From positions 17,856,001-17,920,000 of the forward strand of contig NC_135253.1 of the NCBI RefSeq assembly GCF_964204865.1: DNA of 64,000 nucleotides, given 5' to 3'. A program made the translations under genes and the position numbers. Source of the DNA: Styela clava (lineage: Eukaryota). Below are positions 13,501 through 28,035 of the stretch, piece by piece (within the stretch, counting starts at the first letter, position 1; the number at the start of each line of letters is the position of its first letter). Under the pieces are notes generated by a model. The model saw only the letters and a program-made list of their open reading frames with translations. It had not been told where the DNA came from and searched no databases.

Positions 13501-16500
13501 AGATAAGCAATTGTATCAAAAGCATGACTTTTGTCACCCACATATTCTATAATGCACATTCATTTCATACTTTTTAATTTTGTTATTATTTTCAGGGAAA
13601 CGAAGGTCGAGTGTATGAGTTGATTGCGAGACATTTTCTTGCATGTTGCCATAGAGATGCAAAGGTTGGTGAACTCTTTTAATTTTAATATTGTTTTATA
13701 GGGATCAATGGGAAAACCCTAAGTGGTAATATAGCAATTTAGGGGACTGGTGAATGTTTCAGTATTTTCTTATCTGAAGTTTCCCATTTAGTTAATCATT
13801 GGATAACTTGGGTGATAAAATCACTGATTAGAATAGTGTATCTGGGTGGTTTTTAACAATATGGATCTTTTGTTAGGGTAGATTTATTTATTTTTGATAT
13901 GTGTACGCAAAACAATTTTGTGGGCTGTTAGCTTGAAGTGGAAGAAAGATATGTAAAAGTTAATGCACTGCTGTAATGAGAGTACTATTATGCCAACTCT
14001 GCCACAGTAGATGTCAGTAGATACAGGTTGATACAAGACTTAATATTGCTATTCATTGGAAGCAATTCTAATTCTAATAATATGAGAAATGTGCATCATT
14101 TTGTTCCTTTTTGTAAAACCAATTTTTGTGTTATACGCATTATTCTAAGAAAGAATTGTTCTAATTAGCTCCAAATAAACTTTATCGTCTAAAATTGCAT
14201 TATCAGATAATTGTAACTTCTATTCATTCATTTCTCTTGTGTTTAGGGTCACGAAACAAGTGTTGAAATAGAACTTGGAGGAGAGAAATTCACTGCTCAA
14301 GGATTGATGATTATTGAGCGGAATTACCTTGATATTTATATTTATGAAAAATGGAATGCAAAAGTGAGAAAAATAGTTTTAAAATTTTCAAAAAAATTTC
14401 CGGAGATGGAAAATTTTTGTGAGAGAATTTGCGGAAGGCAAGATCACCACGTGTATTCACTCAAAAATGAATAATGTGAGATTTGAAGTAGTCTAATATG
14501 GTCAGGAAAGTTTACTTTCTGTAATAAAAATCACAATAGCTCAGTGAGAAAAATTGACTTTTTCAACTTGGATATGAGTACATTTAAATCAACAATTGCA
14601 ATCTGCGAGTTTGTTTCTGGACATGAATGATCAGAATGCTGCAGAATCTCATTTACTGTTTTATTCAAGTTCTAAACACGAACTAGTCTTAAGTAAATTT
14701 TGGAAAATAGATTGATATTTCATGACATACTCGAAATTTTCATGCAACACGAAAGTTTTGGGATCGCTGCAATATGTTCTGCTAGATTTCTTGAAATCCT
14801 AGAATTTTCTTTTTGTTGGGACAAGCATAGGGCAGTAGATATTTTTCATTCAATTCAATCCAAAATATTTTATTTATTCAAATTGTAATTTGCTTACAGA
14901 CAATCCCTGTATATGAAGTTGGTGAGGAATTTGAACCAAGAATCGAAATGACAGAAGGTGCAACAACTCCTCCTAATTTATTGACAGAAGCTGATTTGAT
15001 CGCTTTGATGGACAAACATGGGATTGGTTAGTAAACTTTTTATATAAAGCAAATTTGATGAACACATAATTCAGAGGTAAATTCAAATTGATCACCAGTA
15101 TGGATTAGGCAGTATAATCTATTTTAACATTTATTTTCAGACACATGAATTTTTTTTACATGGAATCGTTGAATTTTAATTCAGTGTCCTCACTGATGCA
15201 AAGTTAAAATGTAGAATGATTCTATATCTTATTGTTGTTATCTTTTAATTTTTAGTATTAATCTCAGCTTTAAACCCAATGCTCACCGAATCACCCAGAT
15301 CATAATAAATTGGGTTTGCAGTTCCAAACTGAAAAGATTTTTTATTCGTCCTTCATTAAATACTAACTCCTTACATAGCGATGGCTGCTTGTGCAGAGCC
15401 TTGTGGAGAGTGAACAGACAAAATGTACTTTTCTGTGAAACATTCAATATTTTTTAAAGCGAATTTTACAAATTTTGTCCCAAGTTGTTGGGTTATTCTC
15501 ATATCATATTGTATATTATTGTTCAATAAAATTTACGTATTTGATGATTTCTTAATAAACCAGGTACTGATGCGACACATGCAGAACATATTGAGACAAT
15601 AAAATCAAGAATGTATGCTGGTCTGACTCCAGATAAAAGATTTTTACCTGGGGAACTCGGCATGGGGCTTGTTGAAGGTATGCACCTATAAGATGGCAAA
15701 TATTGTAGAAAGCATTCATATATAGTTCATATTGTTTGTATATACATGGTTGCGTTTTGCGTACAACTTTTATAGCTTTGGTCTTTCTTTTTTTAGATAA
15801 AGTTTATGATTTTTCTCGAAAATAGGCTCTGTGAAAATAAATATTTATGACTATTTCCATATTGTGTTATTACTACCCTTCACATATATATGTACCCTTC
15901 ATTAGTGAGTTTTGAAATACTTTTGTCATGGACGTGAAACAAGATCTAGATAAATATTAATACATGAATATCATGTGCAATTGTGCAAACATCAAATTAA
16001 TGTGCTATTGGCATAGTTACACAGAGAAAAGGAGACTCATCTTTGATGATGGTCATGGGTGAAAATTAAAATGACAACTGAAACCATATACTATTAATAG
16101 TAGTTTGAGTCAATTTGCAAGTCAAAAACAGTTGAATGAATTGATAATTTCCACTCAACTTATTAAATATTCCTCAATGAAACTTGGAATTATCATTAGG
16201 ATACAATATGATGGGATATCAAATGGCAAAACCCGAGTTGCGAGCTGCTCTGGAAGCAGATTTGAAATTAATATGTGATGGAAGAGCAAGGAAAGAAGAT
16301 GTTTTGCAAAAATATATTACTAAATATAAAGAAGTTTTTGACGAAGCGATAAGACAGGCTAAAAAGTAAGTTAGTTTTTATTGTCGTTTTGCTATAAGTA
16401 GTCGTGGCCGGAATTGAATAATTCACTATTCCAAATAGATTTTTAAGTAATGCTTTCTAAAATAGAATAGAGATATAGGGACGTGCAATATAGAATAATT

Positions 16501-19500
16501 GGTGCTCCAGAAGTGTGTGTACCAATATGGAGGTAATTAATTTTGTTGGCCTACTTTACATCAAGTTCTGTAAAGGGACTGATACCTATGGGCAGGGGTA
16601 TATTCACTTGGCTAACAGACAGACAGTCCCCGAACTCGTGATAGAACTAAAATAAGGATAATTTGAATGAAATTATGGCCTAAGTCTAACCCTAACCTGG
16701 TACACACACCACGGGAGTACCGAATGATTTACTGTTCTAGGGTAGTTAAATCGAATTTGTAGTACCTAATCCTATTTTATTTTTATTTACGGCCATAAAG
16801 CTAAACCTCCAACTGAACCCTAAACTGTTGCAATAACAAAAGTAACTCGTCTAACAGCTTTAACGAATTAAATAGAAGTCACTATCTATTAATCTGAATT
16901 TTGAAACTGTTTTATTGTAATGTAAATCATTTTAAAATTGAAATGGAATGTGAAAAATCACAAAATATTATGATAGGTGTACCCAACTTTTTGTTGCAGT
17001 CAGTGACACATTTAAGGTCCTAACATGTTTGCCAGTTAAGCGTGAACTTAATTTATTATCAGTCAATCCTGCACTAGGAAAGATGTTCAGAGGATGCAGA
17101 TATGGCTGTTATCCATGAATACTTTGTTATTTTTTTCGAAACAGTTGTAATAGCAGTATCACTCTTCCACCATTCCAAAGTATCTAAGTTGATAGTCTCG
17201 ATTTTTGTTTTCGAATAAGATGCAGTTTCTTCCGAAACGCTGGTAATCTCATCATTTCCCTTGTATGTGTCTCTACTGCTGTCGTGGCTTTACAATGCCA
17301 CAGTCCATTAGGTCATCTAATGATCTCGGCTTTTTGGCAAACTCACAATGCTGGTCAAGAGAGTTGTTGATATTTTTTGCCGGAGCGTTTATCATTGATT
17401 CATCATTCATATTGGTGATCATTTGTGATTCCACATTGCCCTCAACCTATCAGAAATAAAAAAAACTGCAAAAGTGTTTTTATACAAAGAAACTCACTTG
17501 AAGATCATCCTCTTTTTTGAAATAGCTAATCATTTATCTTGGGTCCAGCCAAGTCGTGATGCTTATGTGAATACTCGGCTGAAACCAAAATCTCATGCAG
17601 TGGGGTCAAAATCTTATTCTTGAATAATGCCAAACTTCGTGAATCTTCTCCGCATGTATTTTTGGGACAATCCTTTGATTAAAGGTATTAAATCACTTAT
17701 TTTAACATACTTCTCACCTTCCAGTTGCGATCTGTTGGCAAAATAATGTATATGGTATAAACAAAGTATGTGACCCAAGTTTTGTTTCTTCCTGTCACAC
17801 ATATGATTACCTTAATTGGTTTCAGCTTTTTCACTAGGGTTTGAATTAGTGCCCACTGGTTGTTTCTTAATTCCAAGTAAGCCGTTGATGTCGGTTTTAC
17901 AATAAGCCCATTGCAGAGCACTTAACGAACATAGGCTTGCAGTGACAAAGTATCTCCAGCATATTGTATGTGAAGTTTCATCTTGAGGATACATCGAGTA
18001 TTAGCTCTAGCTGGTGTTCTTTTTCTTATGCGGGCTTTTGAAGATTGTCAAAATTGAAATGAAAACAAGGTGTCTAAGCACCTAATAATAGTGATATATC
18101 AAGTCAAGAAGGACAGGTATAATAAAATAATCATGTTATCAACTCCCTATTGCAGATTTAATTTGTGTAATCTCGAATGCCTGCTTTAAAAACACAGTTG
18201 CAATCTGTGTGCTACACATCGTATGTGTATCCGGCCATACTTTTCTTTTAGTTTTCCACAAGCATTTTTGACACTGGCACCATTCTCAGTGACAATAGCT
18301 TTGTTGAGGAGACATCTCATATTCTTCAATGACAGATTCTGGCTCTGCTGCAATATGTAATCATGAATGAACATCAATCACCTCTTTTTTGGCCGCACGA
18401 AATTTAGGAGTTCAAAAAACCTCATTTATATAGAGAAGAGTCACACCAAGAAAAGATTGTATTTTTGCACTGCACCATAGTTTCGTTGTTAATGCTCCAT
18501 ATTTAACATGTTTCAGAACTTCCTTCATTTCCTTCTTAGTTTGAAAACTTTTCTTCAATATATCGTGTCAGTGCCTGATGACATGTCATTTTATATCCGG
18601 GTGCTAATTCTTTTAATTAGTTTCTTGAAGTTTTCCCTTCTACATACCAATCGGCCTCAAATCACCGACTATAGTATTTAAAATCAGTTTGGTGATCTTC
18701 TTGGATTTTGCGAGTGTAACAGGGGACCGAAAATAAAAAAAAAAATTTTTTCCCAGAAATTCAGTTCTGAGTCTCGCATCAATGGAATTTACTGAAGCAT
18801 ATTTCATCAATGACCAATAATTCGATAGCCAATAATTTCAGTAACTCTTGGCTTTTCAGTGTTTGCTCATAACTTGCCCAGAAATAAGTCTTCTTTTCTC
18901 TATTACTGAGTGAGTACACATGATGGCCTTGCTTTGAACAAATTCTCATACCAAGTAATAAGCATGCATTTCAAACATATAAAGAATTGTTATTGGGAAT
19001 GTTCCTGTGACTAGATATGAAATTTACCCGTATTTTATATTATTGTTGTATATAGACTTGATCAAGCTTTGGGTTGTTATTTTGGTGATGCTCAATCAGT
19101 TGAAAGTCAGAATATATACAATCCTATGGAAATATCAAGTCCTGTCAGACCTTGTCCATCGTGTGGTAAAGATATGGTGATTAAAAGGAAGAAAGATGGA
19201 GGGTTTGTGCAATTATAATTATAGCTAAGTTTTAACATAAACACACATTGCAGATACTATGGATATAACCAAGGACAGAATGCTTATTTACTGTTGAATG
19301 TTCAATCAGTATTTCAATAGTAACTCGTGGAACCTAAAATGAAATAATGACATTAACCCTTGTGTAAGATTAACATTTCACTTTATAACCTGTTCTTACC
19401 CCAATAATGTTTTTAATAACAATTTTACCATAGATAATAAGTTGCAGACTTTCAGCATAATTCATCATTTTGCTTATTCACCAAATTGCAGATAATATTT

Positions 19501-22500
19501 TTTCAAATTTTTGTGTATTTATTCGGGATTTCAAATTGATTGTACTCGATTGTAATTTACCATATAAATAAAATATCATGATTCATCATATTCACTTTCT
19601 TCATAACTTTAATTTTTACCAAACATATTTAAAAAATACCTAATGGTAATTAAATAATAGTGTATGGTGAAATGATATCTAATTTTTTCTAATGTGAAAA
19701 CCTGTTTTGATTTTTTTTCAGCTTCATGGTATCATGCATGGGATTTCCTGATTGTAGAAATGCTGCTTTTATGCCAAAATCAGTACTAGATGCCACTGTC
19801 GATGAATCAATATGTTCAAGGTGTCGACCTGCACCAGTACATAAGTAAGACATTTACAGAATGGAGTGAACTTCTACTGTTTATTGTTATCGGTGTATAT
19901 TGTTCTGCTTGACAGATAGTTTTTGGCTCAATGATATTTCTTTGAACAGATACAAATTTGTTTGAATATTAGCAGATGTAAGTTGATATAATTCTGCATA
20001 CAATCTGAAATATTGGTTGTGTTTATTTGCTGATTGTGGATATGGTGATTTAGTAGATATTGTGTTGCTTCCAGATTTGCTGACATCTTGAGTGAGAGTT
20101 TCTGTGCATGCCAAAATGACAAAATTTGGTTCTTCTGTTGGCCTAGTCAAAAAAACATCAAAGACAAGTTGTTTTCATTTTTCAAATATAAAGTTATGCG
20201 GTAGAGTTTTTATTAATTTCACATTCTGGTTTATTGTTTCAGAGTAAAATTGAAGTTAAATCGCAGCAGTATTCCTCCATTCATGGATTCTGAACAAGTC
20301 GCTTGCATATGTGGATGTGATGAAGATATTAATAATGTCTTAGACATCAGGTAGTTTAGTTCATCAATCATCGTAATAATAAGATATATCAGGGGTTGGT
20401 AAATTACAGTTTGCAGGCCGGGTCCGACCCACTGAAGTGTTTTGCCCTGCCCACTTGTGTCTGCTGAAATTATGACTAGTTTTTATGGATATAAATTTCC
20501 GGTAAAAATATTGATGAAAATAACGTTGTAATGACCCCAATTCTTACACTGTACTTTCTGTTATTCTGTTGTATTAGCTTTTGTAAATGGACTGTTTTTA
20601 TTCATAGTTTTCATATCAAGTTTTGACACTCCGGTCCAGTTACCAAGTCTATTATTAGTGGTTGGTCCACTTAGAAAAGTAATTGCCCACCCTTGAGATA
20701 TATGATTATTTCTATATTCAAGATCCTTTTCAAACCATTATGTTTTAGAATTCAAATGCTGTGCCATATCCTTGAGTTGGGTGGTTATATAGAATCTAAA
20801 AGATTACGTTCATTGGTCACTTTAAATAAATATTTTATCTTGTATACAAAAATTGGCTACTTGCTTGAAGCCTTGGTCAGAGATAATGTATCAAACATGT
20901 GATAATTAAAATTGTTTTAAAGAATTTATGTGAGTATTTAATACGCACTGATATATTAGTAACCTTTGGGGTTTAAAAATTGCTACAAGGAAATGTTTCG
21001 GGATTCATAACAGCCTCTGGTAAATTTATAAATGCTTATAATGCTTTTTGACTGTCATAATCACCACGCATGCCCTTGTTTGAACATTGCAACTGTGACT
21101 TCTTTCTCAACAGGTTCCGACTGCTGACTCCTAATACAAATTCATCAGCTTACTCAAACCAAAATAGCAGACAACCACGTGGTGGGGGTAGAGGGTCTTT
21201 CCCTGCATCATCCAATCACAGATCTGGACCACCAAGTGGCAATCGAAGAGGTGGAGGGGGTACACCTGGATTTTTATCTAGGCCTGGGGGTGGAGCTGGT
21301 GCCCCGAGTGGCGGAACGAAAAGAACATCAGGTGGACAAAAGAAAACTTATTCCACCTCGTCCAGCAGCAGTATGGACAGTGGCTATTCTGGTTCAACTT
21401 CTAATAGGTAAGTTTTTTTTTTAAATTTGCTCAAAGCAAGGGTAAAAACTCTCCTCTGTGAGTAAGGGAGACTCATCTCTGAACAAGGTTTAGGGCGACA
21501 ACCGCAATGCCAAAAACTGCTGAAAGTATATAAATTTATGGTTGTGCATTTCTTGACAGCGATTTCATTTCCTGACATTAATTGCATTGATGCCGCTTAT
21601 ACAAGTTTAATAACATGCTAACCAAACATCCGAATCCGAATAAAGGTTGAAATCATAATACTATGCTTTGATTAATGCGCCTCATTCGTGACTTTGTTTG
21701 TTTGGTTATAAATTATTTCGATAATAATTCCGGCTAAAATTCCAATGTTTCCTTCTTCTAGCTCTGAAGCTGAGAACCAACCCTGCTGTAGATGTGGGAT
21801 AAATGCTGTACAAAGGTGTGTTGGAATTACTTTTCTTAGAGGCATCGTAGATTCAAGATCTTGCCCTACATTTTATTCTGGGTGAAATAAACTAGTCCGT
21901 CAATGCCAGTCTGGAAGAAAATTCAATGGTCTCAAAATACAGCATCTTCTTATGCATCCGTAGATGCTTTTACCCAAGGGAACACATAGAAACAGTTGAA
22001 ATGACTTCCTCTACTATCAAGTTCATGCATTTGAATACAAGTAACTGGCTGAACTAATCCCATACCCGACTTCAACTGGTAACTGGACAAAAGGCCTTGC
22101 TTTGCCATATGATTAAGCTGACTTATCGGCTTTCCTCTACCCCAGGATACATATGGAAATCCTATCCCTATCTTAATTGAGATGTTATTTGGTTGAAGTC
22201 TTGAGATCTTTAAAAATATCTTTACTTTGATCAATAGACTGAAAGAGTAGCCTTGTCATTATCTACAATCATACAACGTTTGTACAACATTTTAGTCAAC
22301 ATTTTTAACACACGTTCAGTATTCCAATTTTAGAATTGATGGGCTTCCAAATTATTTGGTCTTTTCAAATTAAACTTTCATATTAAACATATTACGGTAC
22401 CTTGTCTATCTTTTGTTTCGACAAGTTTCATGGTTTTCATTTTATTACGATCCAAACTTTGTTTGCAGAACTGTTTTGAAAGATGGTCCAAATAAAGGAA

Positions 22501-22958
22501 GACAGTTCTATACTTGCGAAAAACCTCGAGATCAACAGTGTGGATTTTTTGAATGGTCAGATGCAGTATCTCGTAAGTTAATTATAAATCTTTATCAAGG
22601 TCAGCGAAGTTGATAATTTTTTTGCCAGAAAAACATGTCTAAATCATCTAATGTATATTAAAATTTTTGTATGGCAAAATCGATGTTTATGCAGTATTTT
22701 AATTTTAATTAACCCGGTGTGGGTATTTTTTTTCTGTTATGTTCGTTTTTTTATCATTAACATAATGCCAATTTAGAAGGCCAAAGTTCGTCTGGAGGAT
22801 CCAGAGGGTTATATAATATAAGTAACAACAACACGAGAGGAAATCATAGCAGAGGAAGCGGAAGAAGCAGAAACTCGTCAACCACGTCACGGAAACCACC
22901 TACATGTAGTTTGTGCAAAGAACAAGGCCATACAAAGAGATCTTGCCCGAACAAATGA
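7515..22958 (+). CDS. TOP3A: DNA topoisomerase III alpha, ~20 exons
   Basis: Approximate exons: 7515-7721, 9159-9292, 9481-9556, 10049-10209, 10722-10813, 11360-11530, 11863-12124, 12726-12910, 13596-13664, 14247-14363, 14900-15027, 15564-15677, 16200-16365, 19055-19202, 19722-19843, 20243-20349, 21114-21407, 21761-21815, 22469-22572, 22776-22958. TOPRIM motifs VLNVAEKNDAAK and WTDGDREGENI; catalytic YISYPRTET; HGIGTDATHAEHI; C4 zinc ribbon; GRF finger (KDGPNKGRQFYTC..CGFFEW); terminal CCHC knuckle (CSLCKEQGHTKRSC). Confidence 0.95.
7995..9015. mobile_element. Non-autonomous hAT-like DNA transposon in TOP3A intron 1
   Basis: TIRs TAGGGATGGG...CCCATCCCTA; GATTCG/ACTCGGA subterminal repeats clustered at both ends; TSD not convincing. 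Confidence 0.65.
11079..11312. mobile_element. Fold-back MITE (GG termini, 8-bp TSD; Merlin-like by inference)
   Basis: Long imperfect inverted arms containing GGTTAGGGTTAGG / CCTAACCCTAACC; flanks aaaacttg / caaacttg. Same family at 16501, 23480 and 28036. Confidence 0.75.
12929..13088. mobile_element. Short Tc1/mariner (Tc2/pogo)-like MITE remnant
   Basis: taccatatgtcctcgcata ... tatgtgaggatatacgta are imperfect inverted ends in a TA context; cgtataagc repeated internally. Confidence 0.4.
16501..16721. mobile_element. Fold-back MITE, same family as 11079
   Basis: GGTGCTCC...GGAGTACC termini; TSD gaataatt/gaatgatt (7 of 8 match). Confidence 0.7.
16990..18720 (-). pseudogene. Decayed hAT (Ac/ZBED1-like) transposase inside a TOP3A intron
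   Basis: Minus-strand fragments with stops/frameshifts: AIVTENGASVKNAC...HIRCVAHRLQL (18186-18377), TWLDPR* (~17540) and a dimerisation-domain-like DTLEWWK...TAISASSE (~17090-17185). Confidence 0.75.
20390..20695. mobile_element. hAT (Charlie-type) MITE
   Basis: TIRs CAGGGGTTGGTAA...TTGCCCACCCTTG; perfect 8-bp TSD AGATATAT at 20382-20389 and 20696-20703. Confidence 0.85.
22052..22172 (+). mobile_element. 5'-truncated copy of the SINE at 281-622
   Basis: aactaatcccatacccgactt...cttatcggctttcctct...aaatcctatccctat matches the 3' part of the SINE. Confidence 0.8.
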
Positions 22959-23479
22959 TTGCAGTTCGAGTTCCCAGTCTGCCATTTTTCTGCCAAGTAC
23001 CTTCACTTGCAGATTACCTATAACTTGCGTCCTTTTTCTCCCATAAGTACATATGAAACATTCGTATTTCACTGTGATTTTTCGTTGCTTAATATTTCCT
23101 TGCACCCTGTTTCTTATGTGAAAGTATGTACTTGTTGAAACTGATAAATGCCCGTATGAAGATGTTTATAACAGAAAGTTGTTACATTAATTAAACACGG
23201 CTAGCCCTTTCTTAGCTATTTTATGTTTACTTGTTCTTTTTTATTTTTTAATTCAAGGATAATTTTAGCACAATTTTGTTTCTTGTAATTTGTATTGGAA
23301 ATTCTGTGGGAAATGGTAAAGATTACCAGTTTAAACTGTAAGATGGACCACTATATTTCCAGAGAGTATGATTGAATTTTGCTGTGCGTACAGTTTGTTT
23401 TATAGACTTTTGTCTGCTGTTTGGTTTTATTATTGTCAGGGTGATTAGATAAGTTGCTATCAACAAACGGCGTCCCGAA

Positions 23480-23523
23480 TGGCGCACAACCTAAACCCTA
23501 ACCTGGTACACATACTATGTTCA
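23480..23523. repeat. Fragment of the fold-back MITE family directly upstream of the MCO copy A ATG
   Basis: atggcgcacaacctaaaccctaacctggtacacatactatgttc matches the arms of the 11079 and 28036 elements. Confidence 0.6.
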
Positions 23524-23534
23524 GATTGTGCAAA

Positions 23535-25999
23535 ATGTACTATATCGCTGTTTTGGTTTCTATATTTTGCGCTGGGGAGGTATTGGCAATGAGACGTGAG
23601 TATTTCATTGCAATGGAAGAAATATTTTGGAATTACAACGGCCCTGAAAACAGGTATGATTTGAGTTAATTGAATTAATTGAGATGAACCAAACGACATA
23701 AAATCAGTAATCAGTAATCAGTAATTTATTTCTTCACCAAGCTGAAAGTACGAATTTTACATACACAAATAAAGAAAATATAAAAGACCGCATTCCAGGG
23801 TGAAAGGAGACGCCGAAAACCAATTCTGGTTATCGAGCGGCGGCACCCACGGGGAAGTCCAACAAAAACGTGATAAATCTAATTAAATCGAACAAAATAT
23901 ATTACTTAATAAATAAATAAAGAAACGCAATCGATGCGTCAAGGCGACCCGGTAAAAACCAAGCAATCGCCGTTAAAAATAAGAAAATCGACTCCATGCA
24001 CCACAGTCTAGGTAACCATGGAAATTATTAAGTGAACCAAACAGACTTGCAGTGTGGTCATGGCAGGTAAATAGTTCGGCTACGGTAAAGTGCAACACAA
24101 GTCGATTGTGTGCATATAAGTGTCCAGATTGAAATAAAACTGGATGTTAAGAGTACACAAATTGTAAAAGTATAGAATACCGTACCAATCAAGTATGCAA
24201 ATAACAAAATATTGACACTTTGAGGCAGAAACAAGCTAGTAGTGTGAAAGCTAAAATGTTGACCTGGACTAACAAGTGTTTTGATGCTGGAGTCAAAGAT
24301 TCACATACGGGAATTGTATAGACATGAGGAAAATATACATCGAAATATTCAGCAGTATTAATACAACACAATGAAGTGAGTATCATACCATAGAAGTAGA
24401 CTAGGAAAATTAAAAAAAAAAAATTAAGTTAATCAAAAGGATAAAAACAATTGACCTGGATCACTGTTACCGAGGCATTATAAATAGTAAAAACAAATAC
24501 AACATTAGGCTTGACTGCCCATAATGAAAGTAATCAGAAGGATGCCAATTAAGTTTGGATCCCAGTTGAGGCATGTAAAATGGCATGGTAACAATAAGTG
24601 TATTTATGGGCATTGGACTGTAGGCATGAATTTGTCATTGGCAGTTAACAGAATAGATATCAAGAAATTACACACTAAATAGGAGACCAAGATCATTGAG
24701 GAGCGGGCTCAATAGTAGGGCAAAAAGCCTGCAATATTTTTTTGTTATATAATTTTAGTAATATAATTTTTGGCTTTACCTCAACCCACAATGTGTTGGT
24801 GACAGAAACACTTGTCAAGTGGCTTGTGCCCATCAGTATGGAATACACAATTAAAATTATAAGCTAAAATACAATACGAATATTTACACGAGACATTGTT
24901 TTGTTACAGGTGATTTGGATCGAGACAAATGATGAGCTGGCAATGACGAAAAGATTTGCTGGGACCACATCAACTGGATGTAGAGGCAGTGGATGGCAAG
25001 GTAAAGGGAGCGCATGAATTTTTTGTATTTGAATTTGAAAGTGTCATAACTACAGTTACGTAAGTTTAAGGGAATATTATTCCAAGTTACCACACCTTTA
25101 TATTTCAAGGAGTTTTGGGATTTGCTTAGAGAAAATCTGGGTACAAATAAATTAGACCTTGTCGAAGAGCGTGTGTTATGATCATGCACTTTACTGAGCG
25201 AAACAAAATAATCGTCGAAAGCAGCGGGCAAATGGTTGCTATGAAACTGATGCATGACCTTGGAAATCTCTAGTTGATAGATATCGGCTAATTTTAACAC
25301 CCTGGTCTTATAGTATAGGGTGTTTAAGTTAGATCGAATGGGTGCTCTAGAGAGAATTCTAACTGCTCTATTTTGTACATAAAAGAGATATTTTACCCGA
25401 AATCATCACATATTTGAGAAATGCAGCAATGTTTTTTCTTTCGATCTGCCAAAATTATTTTTATAAATTGTGGAAAAAATAATAAACTGTATTGTGTTCA
25501 TAAAATCTACGAATAACTTAGGAAACAACCTTCAACAATCTTTCACAATACTTTGATATGAATTCAAAATTTTTTCGTAGCTCAGTTTCTAGGGATCGTG
25601 GACCGGCCAGGATAGGAGGAGAATATAAAAAAGCAGTTTTTCGTCAATACACTGATTCAACCTTCAGCACACGAAGTCCGAGGCCGCAGTCATTGGGATT
25701 ATTTGGTCCTATTATTAGAGCTGAGGTATGACGTGTTTTGTTGTTGAAGCGAATACAAAATTTAACGATTCTTCAGAATTTAAGTTTGAAATTAGTATTT
25801 ATATCAAGGTGAACGACACGATCGTTGTTTATGCTTTCAACCGGGCCTCCCGACCATATAGCATTCATCCACATGGCGTTTTTTACGAGAAATCCAGTGA
25901 GGGAGCGTTGTACTCGGACAGCACAACATCTTCAGATAAAGTCGATGACACAATTCCACCCGGAGGAAAACATACTTATGTCTGGGAAGTTAGAGACGC
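23535..25999 (+). pseudogene. MCO copy A: exons 1-3 only (truncated duplicate, or alternative 5' cassette of copy B)
   Basis: Exons 23535-23653, 25581-25725, 25809-25999 are all open with intact GT/AG and encode a signal peptide plus half of cupredoxin domain 1 (SIHPHGV). Exons and introns match copy C; similarity ends near 26095 and no exon 4 occurs before copy B. Confidence 0.7.
23703..25378 (-). mobile_element. 5'-truncated CR1/L2-group LINE in intron 1 of copy A
   Basis: ORF2 C-terminus VQNRAVRILS...LKLADIYQLE...HDHNTRS aligns with the end of ORF2 at 38073-41063; long 3' UTR; AATAAA plus (TTACTGA)n tail; candidate TSD ACATAAAA (23695-23702 / 25377-25384). Absent from the matching intron of copy C. 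Confidence 0.85.
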
Positions 26000-28035
26000 G
26001 TATGTAACTGAGTCTAGAAATAAAATAAGTTTCTAACATTTTCCGCGTTGACCGACTATCGATTGAGAATTTTTTTTTTCTGATGAGCAAGATTTTCAAA
26101 TATTTGTCCAAGACAAATCAGACTTAATCCAACAAGGAGAAGTAGCGAGTTCCCAAAACCAGACGAAGGGCACACAAGTGGCAGAGGCAGTCGCGCTTAA
26201 TTGAATAAAAACGGTGCCCTAAGTGAAACTTAGTAATTTTGGATGAAATATCGTAGTTTGCAGCAAATTTGAAAGAGAAAATAAAAGTGACTACTTCTAT
26301 CTTTTGATAACGATGATTTAAGGTTGACTGGTAACACTAGTCCATTAGTTGCAGATAAAATCGATTTCGTCTTCATAGAAACCCTTTGAAATTTATGTCA
26401 GTTTATGTAAATTGATATCAATAACAGAGCTGTAATCTCGGTTTACATCAACGCTGTCACCACTGTTGTCTCCGTGTAACATCTTCACCAAAGACTGTTT
26501 GATATTTTTGACAAAAATTCACAGGAGGGTTTGCATTGATTCCGCAATAGACAAAATGCCCCCACCCCTCTATATTATTAATAAAAACGGCTCTTGTCAT
26601 ATATACATTAAATACAATTTCACCTAAAAATGAGTTGGAAATAATTTTTCTACTTTTTTTACATGTCAGTTTACTCTTTTTGCAGCAATGGCTTTTTCAC
26701 AATTAATGACACTTTTCACGAAGTATAAAATTAAGATATTTTTTACGAAGTTTAGATTTGTAAATGAAAAATCTTCCACATAATAAAACACAGTTAATAC
26801 ATTGATTTTGTCCAACCCCTATTAGAATATTCCTTTGTGTTAAATTGAGGTTTAAATGAAATTAAATCATATTCCGCAGTTAGCCATGCATTAACTATTT
26901 AACTAAATTGTTGCACAAATTCACAGTAATAAAATAGATGTAATACAGTTTTGACATGCATATCACAGTATCCTTTTACAGTCTCACTGCCAAAATGTTG
27001 GATGCTGCCAATAAAATCGGCATCCACGACTGTAACTGCCATTATTATCGATCGTAACGACTGCAAGTCAGCCGGCCAACTCGACGATCTACGTTTCGGC
27101 GCATATGGGTAGGCTATACCCATGAAAACAGGCTTCTTTTGAATTGAACTCTGAGTTCAACACTGGTTTTTACCAAAGGTAGAAAGTTAGAAACACATAT
27201 GAAACAATGATACCGATTTCCATATTCTTTTCGAGCTATATCGTTTATTTAGTTAGGTATAGCGGGTATATATTGTTAAAATATATTAGTTCGTATTGGC
27301 CAACCTATTAATGGTTAATAGTTCGTCAACCATAGCTGGCAAGCACCATAGTCATTTAAAAGATGACCTTGGAAGAGAGTAAACTCATGGAGTAATCCAA
27401 AACTCACAATCGTACCTGGCAACAATACTTCTTCAAGTTAATTTTAGTATTATGGTATGATTTATTCATTTAAATACTTCTACTATTTTCAAATATTATT
27501 GTGTCCTTGTCACTTACACCGCTACAAATTTTACACGCTAACACGTTTTATACAGTTGCCAATTAAATTTCACAAACCTCCGTAAACGCGACAATCACCT
27601 AAATTTATCACATTAAATTTCTTGCGTGTAGTTATTTTGATAAAAATCTTTACGTAATAGGCAATTCTTGCTCCTCGCCACATATTTTTGTTGTCGTTGA
27701 GGTTATTTTCCCCTTCAATTATATATAGCCTTTTATCCAACGAAAATCTCGCCGATCCCTTTTCATGTATTGTCGGTGCCAAGTTGATCTCTCGTTGCGG
27801 TTCGTTAGTAACCACGATTGCTCGAGGGTGTTTGGATGATAAAACATACAAAAGCACGTTAAATTCTGCCAAACATGCTGCAAGATTTTGAAAAAGAAGT
27901 TGTAAAGTGACATTTTTCTCGTTTATCACAATGTTAGATAATAACAAACAACAAAAAAACTATCATATATATATAAAAGATGGATTATACAACCACTGCG
28001 ATATTCGTTTACTACGATCACGCAGAAGAATATTT

